From: Arcobacteraceae bacterium
GTDB taxonomy: Bacteria > Campylobacterota > Campylobacteria > Campylobacterales > Arcobacteraceae
Length of the DNA stretch: 64,000 bases
NCBI GenBank assembly: GCA_965224485.1
Contig: CBDCZH010000001.1
Coordinates: forward strand, 32,001-96,000
Reading direction: 5' to 3'
The notes below the pieces were generated by a model that saw only the letters and a program-made list of their open reading frames with translations, ran no database searches and was not told the origin of the DNA. Each line of letters starts with the position of its first letter. Positions within the stretch are counted from its first letter, which is position 1. Of this stretch, positions 11,136-21,762 are shown one piece after another. The position numbers were made by a program, and so were the translations under genes.

Positions 11136-11984
11136 TTGACTTATAAAAAAATGTTTTTTCCAATTGGTGGAGGAGAAGAGTTAGAATCTAGGTTATGTGG
11201 TGCAATATTAGTTGCAAAATATTTTAAAACTAATTTAGAAATATTAAAATGTGAATCTAATCCTAATAGTACTTTAGCAAAAAAATTAAATTTGCCAAAA
11301 CATATACAAAAAGAGATTGATGATGTTTTGTCTTCTCAAATAGATAGTGAGCATAAACTTTTTGAAGAGTTTTTTTCAAAAATTGCTAAAAAAATGGATA
11401 TTACTATTTCAAAAGATTTATTAGAAAATAAAGCGAGTGTTTATATAAATACAAAAAATGGATATAGAAGTAAAGTTGTAGAACAGGCTTCTAAATTTTG
11501 TGACTTAGTAATTGCAGCAGCTCCTCCTTTAGGTGTTTCAACAGCTACATTTGAGGCTGCTGTTTTAACAAGTGGAAAGCCTGTTTTGATGATTCCTAGA
11601 GTTTTAGAAACATTTGATACTAAAAATATAATAATTGGTTGGAACAACTCCCCTGAAGTTTCAAGAGCTGTGACTTCTTCTATTGAGATTTTAAAAGAAG
11701 CACAAAAAGTACATATTGTTTCGTCATCTCAGTATTCAAAAAATAATTCAAGTATAAATGATTTATTAGCTTATTTAAAATATCATAATATTAATGCTAG
11801 TTATGAAATAGTAAAAACTACAAAAACACCAGGACAAGCCTTATTAACTTCTGCTTTAAATGGAAACTTTGATTTAATTATTGCAGGTGCTTATGGACAT
11901 AGAGGTTTAAAAGAGCTGATGTTTGGTGGAGCTACTAGGTATTTACTAGAAAAATCTAGCTTACCTGTTTTTATGTCACATTAG
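11136..11984 (+). CDS. universal stress protein (tandem USP domains)
   Basis: SGKPVLMIP, IIIGWNNSPEVSRA, DLIIAGAYGH...MFGGATRYLL..PVFMSH. Confidence 0.88.
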   Translation: MTYKKMFFPIGGGEELESRLCGAILVAKYFKTNLEILKCESNPNSTLAKKLNLPKHIQKEIDDVLSSQIDSEHKLFEEFFSKIAKKMDITISKDLLENKASVYINTKNGYRSKVVEQASKFCDLVIAAAPPLGVSTATFEAAVLTSGKPVLMIPRVLETFDTKNIIIGWNNSPEVSRAVTSSIEILKEAQKVHIVSSSQYSKNNSSINDLLAYLKYHNINASYEIVKTTKTPGQALLTSALNGNFDLIIAGAYGHRGLKELMFGGATRYLLEKSSLPVFMSH

Positions 11985-12002
11985 TTTAAAAAAAGTAAAA
12001 AT

Positions 12003-12665
12003 ATGAAAATATTACTTTTAGAAGATAATAAAACTCTTAGTTCTGGTATTTATAAAAGATTAAAAGAACATAATTTTATAGTAGATTGTTTTAGTGATGG
12101 GGCAGAAGGATTATATGCTTTAGAAACTTTTTCATATGACCTTTTGATTTTAGACCTAGGTCTTCCTTCTTTAGATGGAATAGAAATTATAAAAAAACTA
12201 AGAAATTCTAAAGAATATATACCTATTTTAATCATTTCAGCAAGGGATAAATTAGATCAAAGAATTTTAGGTCTTGATGTTGGAGCTGATGATTATTTAT
12301 GTAAACCTTTTGAACTTGAAGAAATTATTGCAAGAGTTCAAGCTTTGTTAAGACGAAGTAAAAATTTAATATCAAAAGTAATTACATATAAAGATTTGCA
12401 CTTTGATTCTGTTAATAAAACTCTTAGTAGAAATGAACAGTATATAGATTTAAGTAAAAGAGAATTAAGTATTTTTGAATATCTTTTATTAAATGTGAAC
12501 AAAGTTGTAAGTAAGGAAAATATTGTTAATAATATTACCTCTTTTGATGATGATTTTAATCCTCGTGCGGTTGAAACATATATCTCAAGATTAAGAAAAA
12601 AACTTGGTACTTCAATAAATCTAAATACTGTTCGCGGTTTAGGTTATATTTTACATTCATTATGA
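12003..12665 (+). CDS. tctD: OmpR-family response regulator, TctD-like
   Basis: ILDLGLPSLDG, KPF, AVETYISRLRKKL, TVRGLGY; symbol based on adjacency to tctABC. Confidence 0.8.
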   Translation: MKILLLEDNKTLSSGIYKRLKEHNFIVDCFSDGAEGLYALETFSYDLLILDLGLPSLDGIEIIKKLRNSKEYIPILIISARDKLDQRILGLDVGADDYLCKPFELEEIIARVQALLRRSKNLISKVITYKDLHFDSVNKTLSRNEQYIDLSKRELSIFEYLLLNVNKVVSKENIVNNITSFDDDFNPRAVETYISRLRKKLGTSINLNTVRGLGYILHSL

Positions 12666-14047
12666 AAAAAAATAGTAGCAAAACACAATCAATAAAATCT
12701 AGACTCTTAATTTGGTTAACCATTCCTTTAACTATTTCTATGATTATTTTATTTGTGTATATTTATTTTCTAGTAAATACAAAAGTAAATAATTTCTTTG
12801 ATAAAACTCTTTATGCTAGTGCTAAAAGTATGGAAAATAGTATTGGTGTTAAACATGGCTCTTTAAGCGTTGATTTGGTTTATTTCGCCCTTGATTTATT
12901 ATCTTCAAATACAGAAGGTTTAATATTTTATTCTATTGTAGATGAGAGAAACAAACTTTTAGTTGGATATAAAGATTTACTAAAAAAAGATTTATTAAAA
13001 AATAGAGATAAACTTTTTTATAATACTGTTTATTTGCAAGAGTCCTTAAGAGCTGTATCTTTTAAAACATCAATAATAAGTGCAGGCAAGACTCATATTG
13101 CGATTATTACAATTGCAGAGAGTACTGAAGGGCGTTTATCTACTATAAATGACATCTTAACTAATTTATTTATTATTATGAGTATTGTAATACTTTTTAC
13201 AATAATCATATCTCTTATTGCTGTTTCTAAAGGTTTAGCACCTTTATATTTTTTACGAAAACTAATACAAAAAAGAGATTCAAGAGATTTAAAACCAGTT
13301 AGTTTTGATGCTCCTAAAGAAGTTGAAGAAATAGTAAATAGTATAAACTTATTGCTTAAAAGAAGTAGGGAAAACATAGAATATATTGAACATTTTAATT
13401 CTGATGTTTCTCATCAATTAAGAACACCTTTAGCTGAGTTAAAAATGAAACTTGAACTATCTTATGATAAAGCAGATAAAGAGTATATCTCTTTAGTAAA
13501 ACTTGTTAATTCAATGATTCATATAACAGAACAACTTCTTTTATATGCAAAAACAAATCCTAATACCTTAAATCTTAATCACTTTAAAAAGTTAAACTTA
13601 AATAAAATGTGTAAAGAATATTGTATAAAAACTGCACCTAGAGTTTATGCAAAAGGTTTTGAGTTTGCTTATGAGGGTTTAGAGGAAGATGTTTTTATTA
13701 GCTCTGATTGTATTATTTTAGAATCAATGTTAGATAATATTATAAATAACTCTTTATTTTATGCAATTAATGAAAATAACCATGCAATGGGAACTATTAC
13801 TCTTAGTTTAAAAAGACATAATAATACTATTTGGTTAAGTGTTAAAGATGAAGGTTATGGTTTAGCTAAAAATGATTTAATAAATATTTTTGATAGATTT
13901 TATAGAGTAGATTCCAATTCAAGTGGTAGTGGTTTAGGGCTTAGTATAGTTAAACAAATTGCACTTTTACATAAAGCTAGTGTAGAAGCTAGAAATAATA
14001 ATGGTTTAGAAATTTCAATTATTTTTACTAATTATACAAAAATATAA
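12662..14047 (+). CDS. tctE: sensor histidine kinase, TctE-like
   Basis: S-x-K-x-RLL N-terminus, FDKTL periplasmic start, H-box SHQLRTPLA, GSGLGLSIV; next to tctABC. Confidence 0.8.
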   Translation: MKKNSSKTQSIKSRLLIWLTIPLTISMIILFVYIYFLVNTKVNNFFDKTLYASAKSMENSIGVKHGSLSVDLVYFALDLLSSNTEGLIFYSIVDERNKLLVGYKDLLKKDLLKNRDKLFYNTVYLQESLRAVSFKTSIISAGKTHIAIITIAESTEGRLSTINDILTNLFIIMSIVILFTIIISLIAVSKGLAPLYFLRKLIQKRDSRDLKPVSFDAPKEVEEIVNSINLLLKRSRENIEYIEHFNSDVSHQLRTPLAELKMKLELSYDKADKEYISLVKLVNSMIHITEQLLLYAKTNPNTLNLNHFKKLNLNKMCKEYCIKTAPRVYAKGFEFAYEGLEEDVFISSDCIILESMLDNIINNSLFYAINENNHAMGTITLSLKRHNNTIWLSVKDEGYGLAKNDLINIFDRFYRVDSNSSGSGLGLSIVKQIALLHKASVEARNNNGLEISIIFTNYTKI

Positions 14048-14070
14048 ATACTAAAAAGTTTAAAAGAAGA

Positions 14071-14100
14071 ATAAACAAGTAGAAAACTCTACTTGTTTAT
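14071..14100. terminator. bidirectional terminator between tctE and tctA
   Basis: ataaacaagtag / ctacttgtttat 12-bp stem between convergent genes. Confidence 0.75.
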
Positions 14101-14104
14101 ATAG

Positions 14105-15598
14105 TTATTTTGTTATAGCTTTTATTATCTTAGATCCAAATAGTGAGAATAATAATAGTGCTAGAATTACTAGTGCTATTGGACGTTCAAGTAAATAAGA
14201 TATATTTCCACCAGATATTTGTAAGGTTTGAACTAAAGAACTCTCAGCCATAGAACCTAATAACATTCCAATAACAGCTGCTGGAACTGAGAAGTTATAT
14301 CTTCTAAATACCCAACCAATTATTGCAAAAACTAGAACCGTAATTGGCCCAGACATATTACCAGTTAATCCAAAAGCTCCTGAAACTGCAAGAACTAAAA
14401 CAGAAGGTACTAAATATGTCATTTTTACTTTTATAATAGATGCCAAAACTGGAATTAATAATAAACCTAAAATTATAAGTAAAAATACTTGTCCGAAGTT
14501 TGCAAAAATAATTGCATAAACAATATCCATCTCTTCTCTAATAAATTGAGGACCACCTGTAATATTATGCATAGCAAAAGCTGCTAACATAACAGCAGTT
14601 GCACCTCCTCCTGGAATTCCAAGTGCTAAAAGTGTTGCCATTGAACCAGCTTCAGAGGTTGAATTAGCAGCTTCTGAGGCTACTACACCTTTTGGATTAC
14701 CCTTACCAAAAGAATCAGGATCTTTATCTCTTCTTTTAGTTTCGATATAAGATAATAGATTTGATACAGAAGAACCAACTCCTGGAACTGCTCCTATTAA
14801 AACTCCAATTAAACTTCCACGTATTAAAATAACAGGATAAGAAAAAGCTTGTCTAAAACCTTTTAGTATTTCAGATATTCTAACTTGTCTTTTACTTTCA
14901 TCTTCAACTAAAAACTCAGATTTAACAAGTTTAAAGAGCTCAGATGCTGCAAACATTCCCATCATTGCAGGAATTACAGGAATTCCATCTGCAAGAAGTT
15001 CTATATCCATAGTTCCTCTCATAACTCCAGCCTCACTAAAACCAATAGTTCCAATTAAAAGACCAAAAAGACCAGCAATTAAACCTTTTACTACATGTTT
15101 ACCAGTTAAAGAAGCGATTAGCGTTAAACCCCAAAAAATAACCATAAACATCTCAGCAGGTCCTAGTTTTAAAACAAATAAAGACATTGGTTTAATTAAA
15201 AAGAATAATAAAACATATCCAATTAAAACACCAAAAGTAGATGATCCTAAAGCTAAACCTAAGGCTTCATTATGTCTTCCTTGTTTTGCCATAGGATAAC
15301 CATCAAAAGCTGTAGCAATTGCGGAAGAAGTTCCTGGTATATTCATCAAAATTGCAGGCACTCCTGCTCCAAATCCACCACCTGTAAAAATAGCTGTTAA
15401 AAATAACATTGCTTGTAAAAAATCCATATACAAAGTCATTGGTAAGAAAATAGCCATTGCCATAGATGTTTGTAAACCAGGTGTTGCTCCAAAAAATAAA
15501 CCAATCATAATTCCAGGAATTACAACTAACCAATATTGAGGTTCTGAAAAAAGTAAAGTAAGCGCATCTTGCGCTGCATTTATATCAATTATATTCAT
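14105..15598 (-). CDS. tctA: tripartite tricarboxylate transporter large permease
   Basis: PAILMNIPGT..ATAFDGYPMAKQG, GVVASEAANS, LALGIPG. Confidence 0.93.
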   Translation of the reverse strand: MNIIDINAAQDALTLLFSEPQYWLVVIPGIMIGLFFGATPGLQTSMAMAIFLPMTLYMDFLQAMLFLTAIFTGGGFGAGVPAILMNIPGTSSAIATAFDGYPMAKQGRHNEALGLALGSSTFGVLIGYVLLFFLIKPMSLFVLKLGPAEMFMVIFWGLTLIASLTGKHVVKGLIAGLFGLLIGTIGFSEAGVMRGTMDIELLADGIPVIPAMMGMFAASELFKLVKSEFLVEDESKRQVRISEILKGFRQAFSYPVILIRGSLIGVLIGAVPGVGSSVSNLLSYIETKRRDKDPDSFGKGNPKGVVASEAANSTSEAGSMATLLALGIPGGGATAVMLAAFAMHNITGGPQFIREEMDIVYAIIFANFGQVFLLIILGLLLIPVLASIIKVKMTYLVPSVLVLAVSGAFGLTGNMSGPITVLVFAIIGWVFRRYNFSVPAAVIGMLLGSMAESSLVQTLQISGGNISYLLERPIALVILALLLFSLFGSKIIKAITK

Positions 15599-15607
15599 TA
15601 TATAGTC

Positions 15608-16060
15608 CTAATAATCAGTTGGAAAAATAAGCATAGGCATAGGGTATGGTAACATTAGTGAAAAAAAGTATGATATTAAAAATCCATATACTAAACTATA
15701 TCCAAGTATCCAAGTCCATCTAGTTTCACCATGAAAGAATAAGAATAGTGCAATAAATATTACTGTTCCAATATCAAAACCTAAAATTTCTAAAGTAAAA
15801 ACGTAAAGTGTAAATAAAATAATTACAGGTAAAACAGTTGTAATATCTTCTTTTTTATCTTTGTCATCTTCTATTTCATCTTTATGGGTAAAAAAATCAT
15901 ATAAACATAAGCATAAAGTTATTGCAGTTATTGGAAGAATCAGTATCATGTTTTCTAAACTACTTGAAGCTCTATGTGCATCAAGTGCATACCATATTAC
16001 AAAAGAAGCTAAGCATAGGATTACTATGCTATTAGCCACTCTTTGTTTTGAAAAAGTCAT
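15608..16060 (-). CDS. tctB: tripartite tricarboxylate transporter small membrane subunit
   Basis: 150-aa multi-TM protein between tctC and tctA. Confidence 0.85.
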   Translation of the reverse strand: MTFSKQRVANSIVILCLASFVIWYALDAHRASSSLENMILILPITAITLCLCLYDFFTHKDEIEDDKDKKEDITTVLPVIILFTLYVFTLEILGFDIGTVIFIALFLFFHGETRWTWILGYSLVYGFLISYFFSLMLPYPMPMLIFPTDY

Positions 16061-16070
16061 TTATCTAACT

Positions 16071-17069
16071 CTATTTTTTTAATAAATAACTATATGATTT
16101 AAAAATATCAAATGATTTTAAAATTAACTCATTTGATTTTTCAGGACCAGTCCATGTATATCCAATATTACTTTTTTTAAGAAACTTTTGAACACCTTTT
16201 GTTGCAAGAGTTCTTTTTATTGCATCTTTTAAAGTATTAAATCTTTGGGGATATTTATTTTTAAACTTAGTAGATACTGCAAATCCTCTCATAGAACCTG
16301 GAAATACTGGAAGTTCAAATCCTAAAGGTTTAATTGCTTCATTTAACGTAGGAGCATCCCATTGTTTCATTCTTTTATCTTTAACTATTGCTAAAGGACG
16401 AATAAATTCTCTAATACTTTCACTTCCTTGAGCTGAAATTGCGATTAAATCAACTTGCCCACCAGCAACTGCTGTTCTAGCTTTTCCACCAGAACTATAA
16501 GTAACTAAGTTTAAGTTTTCTTGAGGAATATTATATTTTTCTAATAATAGTTTTAAAATTAAATGTCCACCACTTCCTTGAACAACTGCTGCTTTAACTG
16601 TTTTTGGTTTGTTTTTAATTTCATTTAAAAGTTCAACCATAGTTTTAAATTTTGTGTCTTTATTAACAGCTAATAATTCAAAGTCAAACCATTGAATATT
16701 TATAAATGAGAAATCATTCATACTATATTTAGCTCCACCTGTTAAGATAGTATTTGCTAAGTATGGTGAGAATGTTGATGCAAAAACTGTATATCCATTT
16801 GCTGGTTTTTTAAGTACATAATTTGCTGCAATTTGAGTTCCTGCACCTTTTTTATTTACTATTTTAATTCTTTGTCCTATTTCATCTGAAAGAAAAGTTG
16901 ACATTGTTCTTGTCATTCTATCAGCACTTCCTCCAATACCAAATCCAACTACAACATTTATAGTTTTACTTGGGTATGAGTCTGCTTGAATATTGCTTGT
17001 TAAAAGCCCTAAACCTATTATTGAAAGGCTTGCAATTTTTATTGCTGATTTCATCATTGTTTTATACAT
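16071..17069 (-). CDS. tctC: tripartite tricarboxylate transporter periplasmic binding protein (Bug/TctC)
   Basis: signal peptide, YPSKTINVVVGFGIGGSAD, NKKGAG, GG..AVAGGQVD. Confidence 0.92.
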   Translation of the reverse strand: MYKTMMKSAIKIASLSIIGLGLLTSNIQADSYPSKTINVVVGFGIGGSADRMTRTMSTFLSDEIGQRIKIVNKKGAGTQIAANYVLKKPANGYTVFASTFSPYLANTILTGGAKYSMNDFSFINIQWFDFELLAVNKDTKFKTMVELLNEIKNKPKTVKAAVVQGSGGHLILKLLLEKYNIPQENLNLVTYSSGGKARTAVAGGQVDLIAISAQGSESIREFIRPLAIVKDKRMKQWDAPTLNEAIKPLGFELPVFPGSMRGFAVSTKFKNKYPQRFNTLKDAIKRTLATKGVQKFLKKSNIGYTWTGPEKSNELILKSFDIFKSYSYLLKK

Positions 17070-17095
17070 TCTATCTCCTTTAAATTTATAAATTC

Positions 17096-17128
17096 ACTTT
17101 ATCATACAAATCTGTCGCCTAGCTTGCA
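17096..17128 (-). promoter_or_regulatory. putative TctD-type direct-repeat site plus extended -10 of tctCBA
   Basis: minus strand TGCAAG-N5-CGACAG-N7-TG-a-TAAAGT. Confidence 0.6.
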
Positions 17129-17342
17129 TATTAAATATATAAATAATTAAAGTCTTGATATTTTAAGGCTTAAAAAAAATAAAGTGGAATCTTGATAAAA
17201 ATTAATTTATAGAAGAGGGTTTTAAATAGTATCTTCGCACTATGTATCAGCTGATACAAGTGCTAAAATTGAAAGTTTTGTTTATATTCTATTTTTAGAA
17301 ATACTTTATATAACTGTATAAAAGTGTAATTGATATATGAGT

Positions 17343-18626
17343 CTAATTCTCATATTTAACCCCTGTTGAATACTCTAATATTGCTATACTGCTCTTATAT
17401 GAATAATATGAATGTACTAAATCATTTTTAGAAGTAATAAAATCTAATTTTGCATTATTTAACTCTACAATATCATTTAATCCATTTTTATATCTCTCTT
17501 GGGCTAGATATAAATTCTGTTTTGCTAAGTTGATACTTAAACGTGATATTTCTACTATTTCAATGCTTTGTTTTAAATCATAATAAGCAGATGTTAGCTC
17601 TTCTATTATGATTAACTCTTCTTGTTTTAACTTCTCTTTAGCACTTATAATTGAGCTAAAAGCTTGTTTGCTTTTAGCTTGTGTTTTAAAACCAGAGAAA
17701 AACTCCCATTTTAAAAATACTCCAATATTACCTTGTTCTGAATCTTGCGAACTTATATCATTAGAACTACTATTTGTATAAGAGGCTTGTGCATTAAGAG
17801 TGGGGTAAAAATTAGCCTTAGAAGCTCTATGCTTTTCTTTATTTTCTTCTACTAATAATTTGTATAAAACAAGTTCTACTCTTGTATTTAAAGCTTTATT
17901 TATTAGCTCATTTAAGTTCTTTTTATCTATTTTGATATTTTTTACTAAAGCTAACATATCTTCATTTTTAGGTTTTATACTTATTAGTTTTTTTTCTCCT
18001 AAAATAACAATTAGTTTAGTTTGTGCTTTTTTAAAACTATAGTTTGCTTTTACTAAACTAAGTTTTGAGTTTGATAATTGAAGTTTTGCATTAGTAAGAT
18101 CGATTTTTGTTTTAATACCTGCATCAAAATATGCTTGTACTTGTACTACTTGCAAGTTATCTATTTTAATAGACTCTTTTGCTACTTTTATTAAATGATA
18201 TTTACTTAAAATATCAAAATATGCTTTTTTTACATTTAATACAGTTTTGGCCTTTGATATAATTAAATCACTTAGTGCTGCTTGATAACTCTTTTTTAAA
18301 GCACTTATAATATTAGAAGTTTTCCCAAAATCATAAAGTAATTGATTTGCACTAAGTGTATAAGCTTTTGATGAACCATCAGCTCTTACACCTTGGCTTT
18401 TCGTATTATGTCTACTTGTATTGGCACCTAAAGATAAACTTGGTAAATAAGATGCTTTTTTTTCTTTTATTACAGCTTTTTTACTTATAATAGTTGCTTT
18501 TTTTATTAAAATATTACTATTATTACTTAATGCGATATCTATTAGTTTGTTTAATTCATTTGTATTATTTACATCACTTGCAAATAAAGAAATTGAAAAA
18601 AAACTTAGTGCAATTATTCTTCTCAT
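17343..18626 (-). CDS. TolC-family outer membrane efflux protein
   Basis: signal peptide, two OEP repeats (YLPSL, FYPTL, AQERYKNG); last gene of RND operon. Confidence 0.92.
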   Translation of the reverse strand: MRRIIALSFFSISLFASDVNNTNELNKLIDIALSNNSNILIKKATIISKKAVIKEKKASYLPSLSLGANTSRHNTKSQGVRADGSSKAYTLSANQLLYDFGKTSNIISALKKSYQAALSDLIISKAKTVLNVKKAYFDILSKYHLIKVAKESIKIDNLQVVQVQAYFDAGIKTKIDLTNAKLQLSNSKLSLVKANYSFKKAQTKLIVILGEKKLISIKPKNEDMLALVKNIKIDKKNLNELINKALNTRVELVLYKLLVEENKEKHRASKANFYPTLNAQASYTNSSSNDISSQDSEQGNIGVFLKWEFFSGFKTQAKSKQAFSSIISAKEKLKQEELIIIEELTSAYYDLKQSIEIVEISRLSINLAKQNLYLAQERYKNGLNDIVELNNAKLDFITSKNDLVHSYYSYKSSIAILEYSTGVKYEN

Positions 18627-21600
18627 ACCTTATCCTTTGTATTTTTTCTCTCTCTTACTCTTTGTAAAACAACAAATAATAAAGGGGTAAAAAGAAGAGT
18701 TAAAATTGTTGATATTACCATTCCACCAAAAACAGCGGTACCTAAAGAAGCTCTTGAAGCAGCTCCTGCCCCAGAAGCAAAAACAAGAGGTAAAATTCCT
18801 AAAAGAAAAGAGAATACTGTCATTAATATTGCTCTTAGTCTTAAAATTGATGCTTGAATTGCAGCTTCAATAATAGAATAACCTTCTTGCCTTAACTCTT
18901 TAGCAAACTCTATTATTAAAATAGCACTTTTTGAAGACATTCCTATTAATAATACAAGACCAATTTGTGTATATATATTATTTAATAAACCAGCCAACAT
19001 ATTAGCACTTAATGCACCAAACATTACAACTGGAATTGGAAGCATAATCATTAAAGGCATCATCCATGATTCATATTGAGCAGCTAAAAATAAAAATACC
19101 ATTAATAAAGATAAAATAAATATAAATAAAGCTGCATTTCCTGCCTCTTTTTCTTGCAAACTAAGACCAGAAAATTCATATGATACTGAAGAAGGCAGTG
19201 TAGCTTGGGCTATTTTTTCTATACTTTTAAGTGCATCTCCTGAGCTATAACCTTCTTTAATATTATGAACTCCATTTATAGCTATACTTTGATAAGAGTT
19301 AAAATGAGTAATAGTATTAGCTCCACTTGTTTGAGTAATACTAACAACAGTACTTAAAGGAATCATCTCATCTTTAGAATTTTTTACAAAATATTGGGAA
19401 ATAGCATTTTTGTTTGCTCTAAAGTTTTGATCTGCTTGTAAGAAAACTCTATAGTTTTTACCAAATTTCTCAAAATCATTTACATAAATTGAACCTAGAT
19501 ATGCTTGCAAAGTAGAGAAAACATCATTTAAATTTAAACCTAAAGAGTATACTTTATCTCTATTTACATCAAGAAAATATTGTGGATATGAAGAGTTAAA
19601 TGAAGTATAAGCCATCATAATTGTTTTATCTTTATTTAAATTTTTTATAAACTCTTTTGCATAAGATTCAAACTCTTTTAAAGGAAGGTTTTGTTTATTT
19701 TGGAGTTTTACTTCAAAACCTCCAACAGCAGATAATCCAGGAATAGAAGGCATATTAAAAACTCTTACACTAGCAGAGTTTATCTCTTTATTTGTCTTTT
19801 TAGTAATTGCACTTATAATACCTTCAATAGATGTACTTTTGTCTTTTCTCTTATTCCAATCTTCTAAAACTATAAAAATAGTTGCAGTTGAAGAGTCAAG
19901 TGCTCCAGAAATAACAGAAAAACCACTTATACTTAAAACATCAGAAATACCTTTTGTATTTTGTATAATAGAAGTCACTTTTTTAGTTATTTCACTTGTG
20001 TTTTTTAAAGTAGTTCCTGCTTCTAAAGTAATTGAGGCAAGAAGTGTTCCTTGATCTTCATTTGGAATAAAACCAGTAGGAAGAATTTTAAATATACCAT
20101 AAGTTAAAGCTAATAATATTGTGTAAATAATTATAGAAACATACCAAAACTTGATAAGCTTTCGCAATACTTTTTCATATACTATTTTAAAAGATTCAAT
20201 ACCTTCATCAAATTTTTTAAAAAATATATTTTTATCTTTTTGTTTTTTTCTTCGTAAAATTGTAGCACATAAAGCAGGTGAGAGACTTAGAGCACAAAGT
20301 GATGAAATTATAACAGCAAATGCTATAGTAGTTGCAAATTGCTGATATAGGGCTCCTGAAATTCCTGGTATAAAAGTAACAGGAACAAAAACAGCTAAAA
20401 GAACTAAAGTAGTTGAAATAATAGGTGCAAATACTTCTTTCATAGCTTTTATAGTGGCTTCCTTTAAACTTATATCTGGATTCTTCTCTAGGTTTGCTTC
20501 TACATTTTCAACAACAATAATAGCATCATCAACAACAATACCAATGGCTAAAATTAAACCAAATAAAGTAAGAGTATTAATAGAAAAATTTACAGCCATT
20601 AAAAGAGCAAATGTTCCTACAAGTGAAACAGGAATAGCAATGGCTGGAATAATAGTACTTCTAAATGATTGTAAAAATATATATACTACTAATAAAACTA
20701 AAAATAAAGCTTGAATTAAGGTTATAATAACCTCTTTTATTGATGCTTCAACAAACTTAGTTGTATCATATGTTGCTTCAATACTTAAACCTTTTGGAAA
20801 TCTTTTCTCCAAATCTTTTAGTTTACTTTTAACTTTTTTTGCAACATCAAGTGCATTTGAACCAGGAAGTTGGTAAATTCCTAATAAAGCTGTTGCTTTA
20901 TTATTTAAAGTAGCTGCCCAAGCATAAGATTCAGCTCCAAGCTCGATTCTTGCTACATTTTTTAATCTAATTTTACTTCCGTCTTTATTCTCTTTTACAA
21001 TAATGTCTTCAAATTCTTTTACTGTACTTAATTTTGTATTTGACGTAAGAGTAAATTGAAACTTATTATTTGAAGTATTAGGACTCTGCCCAATTGTTCC
21101 AAGAGCAGCTTGTAAGTTTTGTGCTTTTATTGCTTGTGTAATTTGACTAATGCTTAGATTATAATTAGCTAGTTTATTAGGGTTTATCCATACTCTCATT
21201 GAGTATTTTCTCTCACCTAAATTAGAAACATCACCAACTCCTTTAATTCTTTTTAGCTCTTCTACTATATTTAAACTTGCAAAGTTTGATAAAAATAGAG
21301 CATCATGTAAATCATTAGTAGATTTAAGTGCTAAAATTTGAAGCATAGAGGTAGATTTTTTCTTAGTTATTACTCCTTTTTGTTTAACTGATTCAGGTAA
21401 AGTAGGAAGTGCTAAAGAGACTCTATTTTGAACATCAATAGCAGCCACATCTAAATCATAAGAAGATTCAAAATATAAATTAATATTAGACTTACCATCA
21501 GATGATGAGGTAGAATCCATATAAATAAGACCCTGCATTCCATTTAACTGCTCTTCTAAGGGTTTAGTAAGCGAAGTCTCAACAACTTGTGCACTTCCAC

Positions 21601-21754
21601 CTGTATACGTGGCACTTACAGAAATAGTAGGAGGAGTTATTTGTGGAAACTGAGCAACGGGAAGAGAATAGAGTGCAATAAAACCAACAATTATTATAAA
21701 AATAGAGATTACTTTTGCAAAAATTTGTCTATGTATAAAAAATATTGAAAACAT
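18623..21754 (-). CDS. RND efflux permease (HAE1, AcrB/CmeB-like)
   Basis: 1043 aa; LPVAQFPQITPP, IGIVVDDAIIVVENV, RLRAILMT. Confidence 0.96.
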   Translation of the reverse strand: MFSIFFIHRQIFAKVISIFIIIVGFIALYSLPVAQFPQITPPTISVSATYTGGSAQVVETSLTKPLEEQLNGMQGLIYMDSTSSSDGKSNINLYFESSYDLDVAAIDVQNRVSLALPTLPESVKQKGVITKKKSTSMLQILALKSTNDLHDALFLSNFASLNIVEELKRIKGVGDVSNLGERKYSMRVWINPNKLANYNLSISQITQAIKAQNLQAALGTIGQSPNTSNNKFQFTLTSNTKLSTVKEFEDIIVKENKDGSKIRLKNVARIELGAESYAWAATLNNKATALLGIYQLPGSNALDVAKKVKSKLKDLEKRFPKGLSIEATYDTTKFVEASIKEVIITLIQALFLVLLVVYIFLQSFRSTIIPAIAIPVSLVGTFALLMAVNFSINTLTLFGLILAIGIVVDDAIIVVENVEANLEKNPDISLKEATIKAMKEVFAPIISTTLVLLAVFVPVTFIPGISGALYQQFATTIAFAVIISSLCALSLSPALCATILRRKKQKDKNIFFKKFDEGIESFKIVYEKVLRKLIKFWYVSIIIYTILLALTYGIFKILPTGFIPNEDQGTLLASITLEAGTTLKNTSEITKKVTSIIQNTKGISDVLSISGFSVISGALDSSTATIFIVLEDWNKRKDKSTSIEGIISAITKKTNKEINSASVRVFNMPSIPGLSAVGGFEVKLQNKQNLPLKEFESYAKEFIKNLNKDKTIMMAYTSFNSSYPQYFLDVNRDKVYSLGLNLNDVFSTLQAYLGSIYVNDFEKFGKNYRVFLQADQNFRANKNAISQYFVKNSKDEMIPLSTVVSITQTSGANTITHFNSYQSIAINGVHNIKEGYSSGDALKSIEKIAQATLPSSVSYEFSGLSLQEKEAGNAALFIFILSLLMVFLFLAAQYESWMMPLMIMLPIPVVMFGALSANMLAGLLNNIYTQIGLVLLIGMSSKSAILIIEFAKELRQEGYSIIEAAIQASILRLRAILMTVFSFLLGILPLVFASGAGAASRASLGTAVFGGMVISTILTLLFTPLLFVVLQRVRERKNTKDKV

Positions 21755-21762
21755 ATTATATC

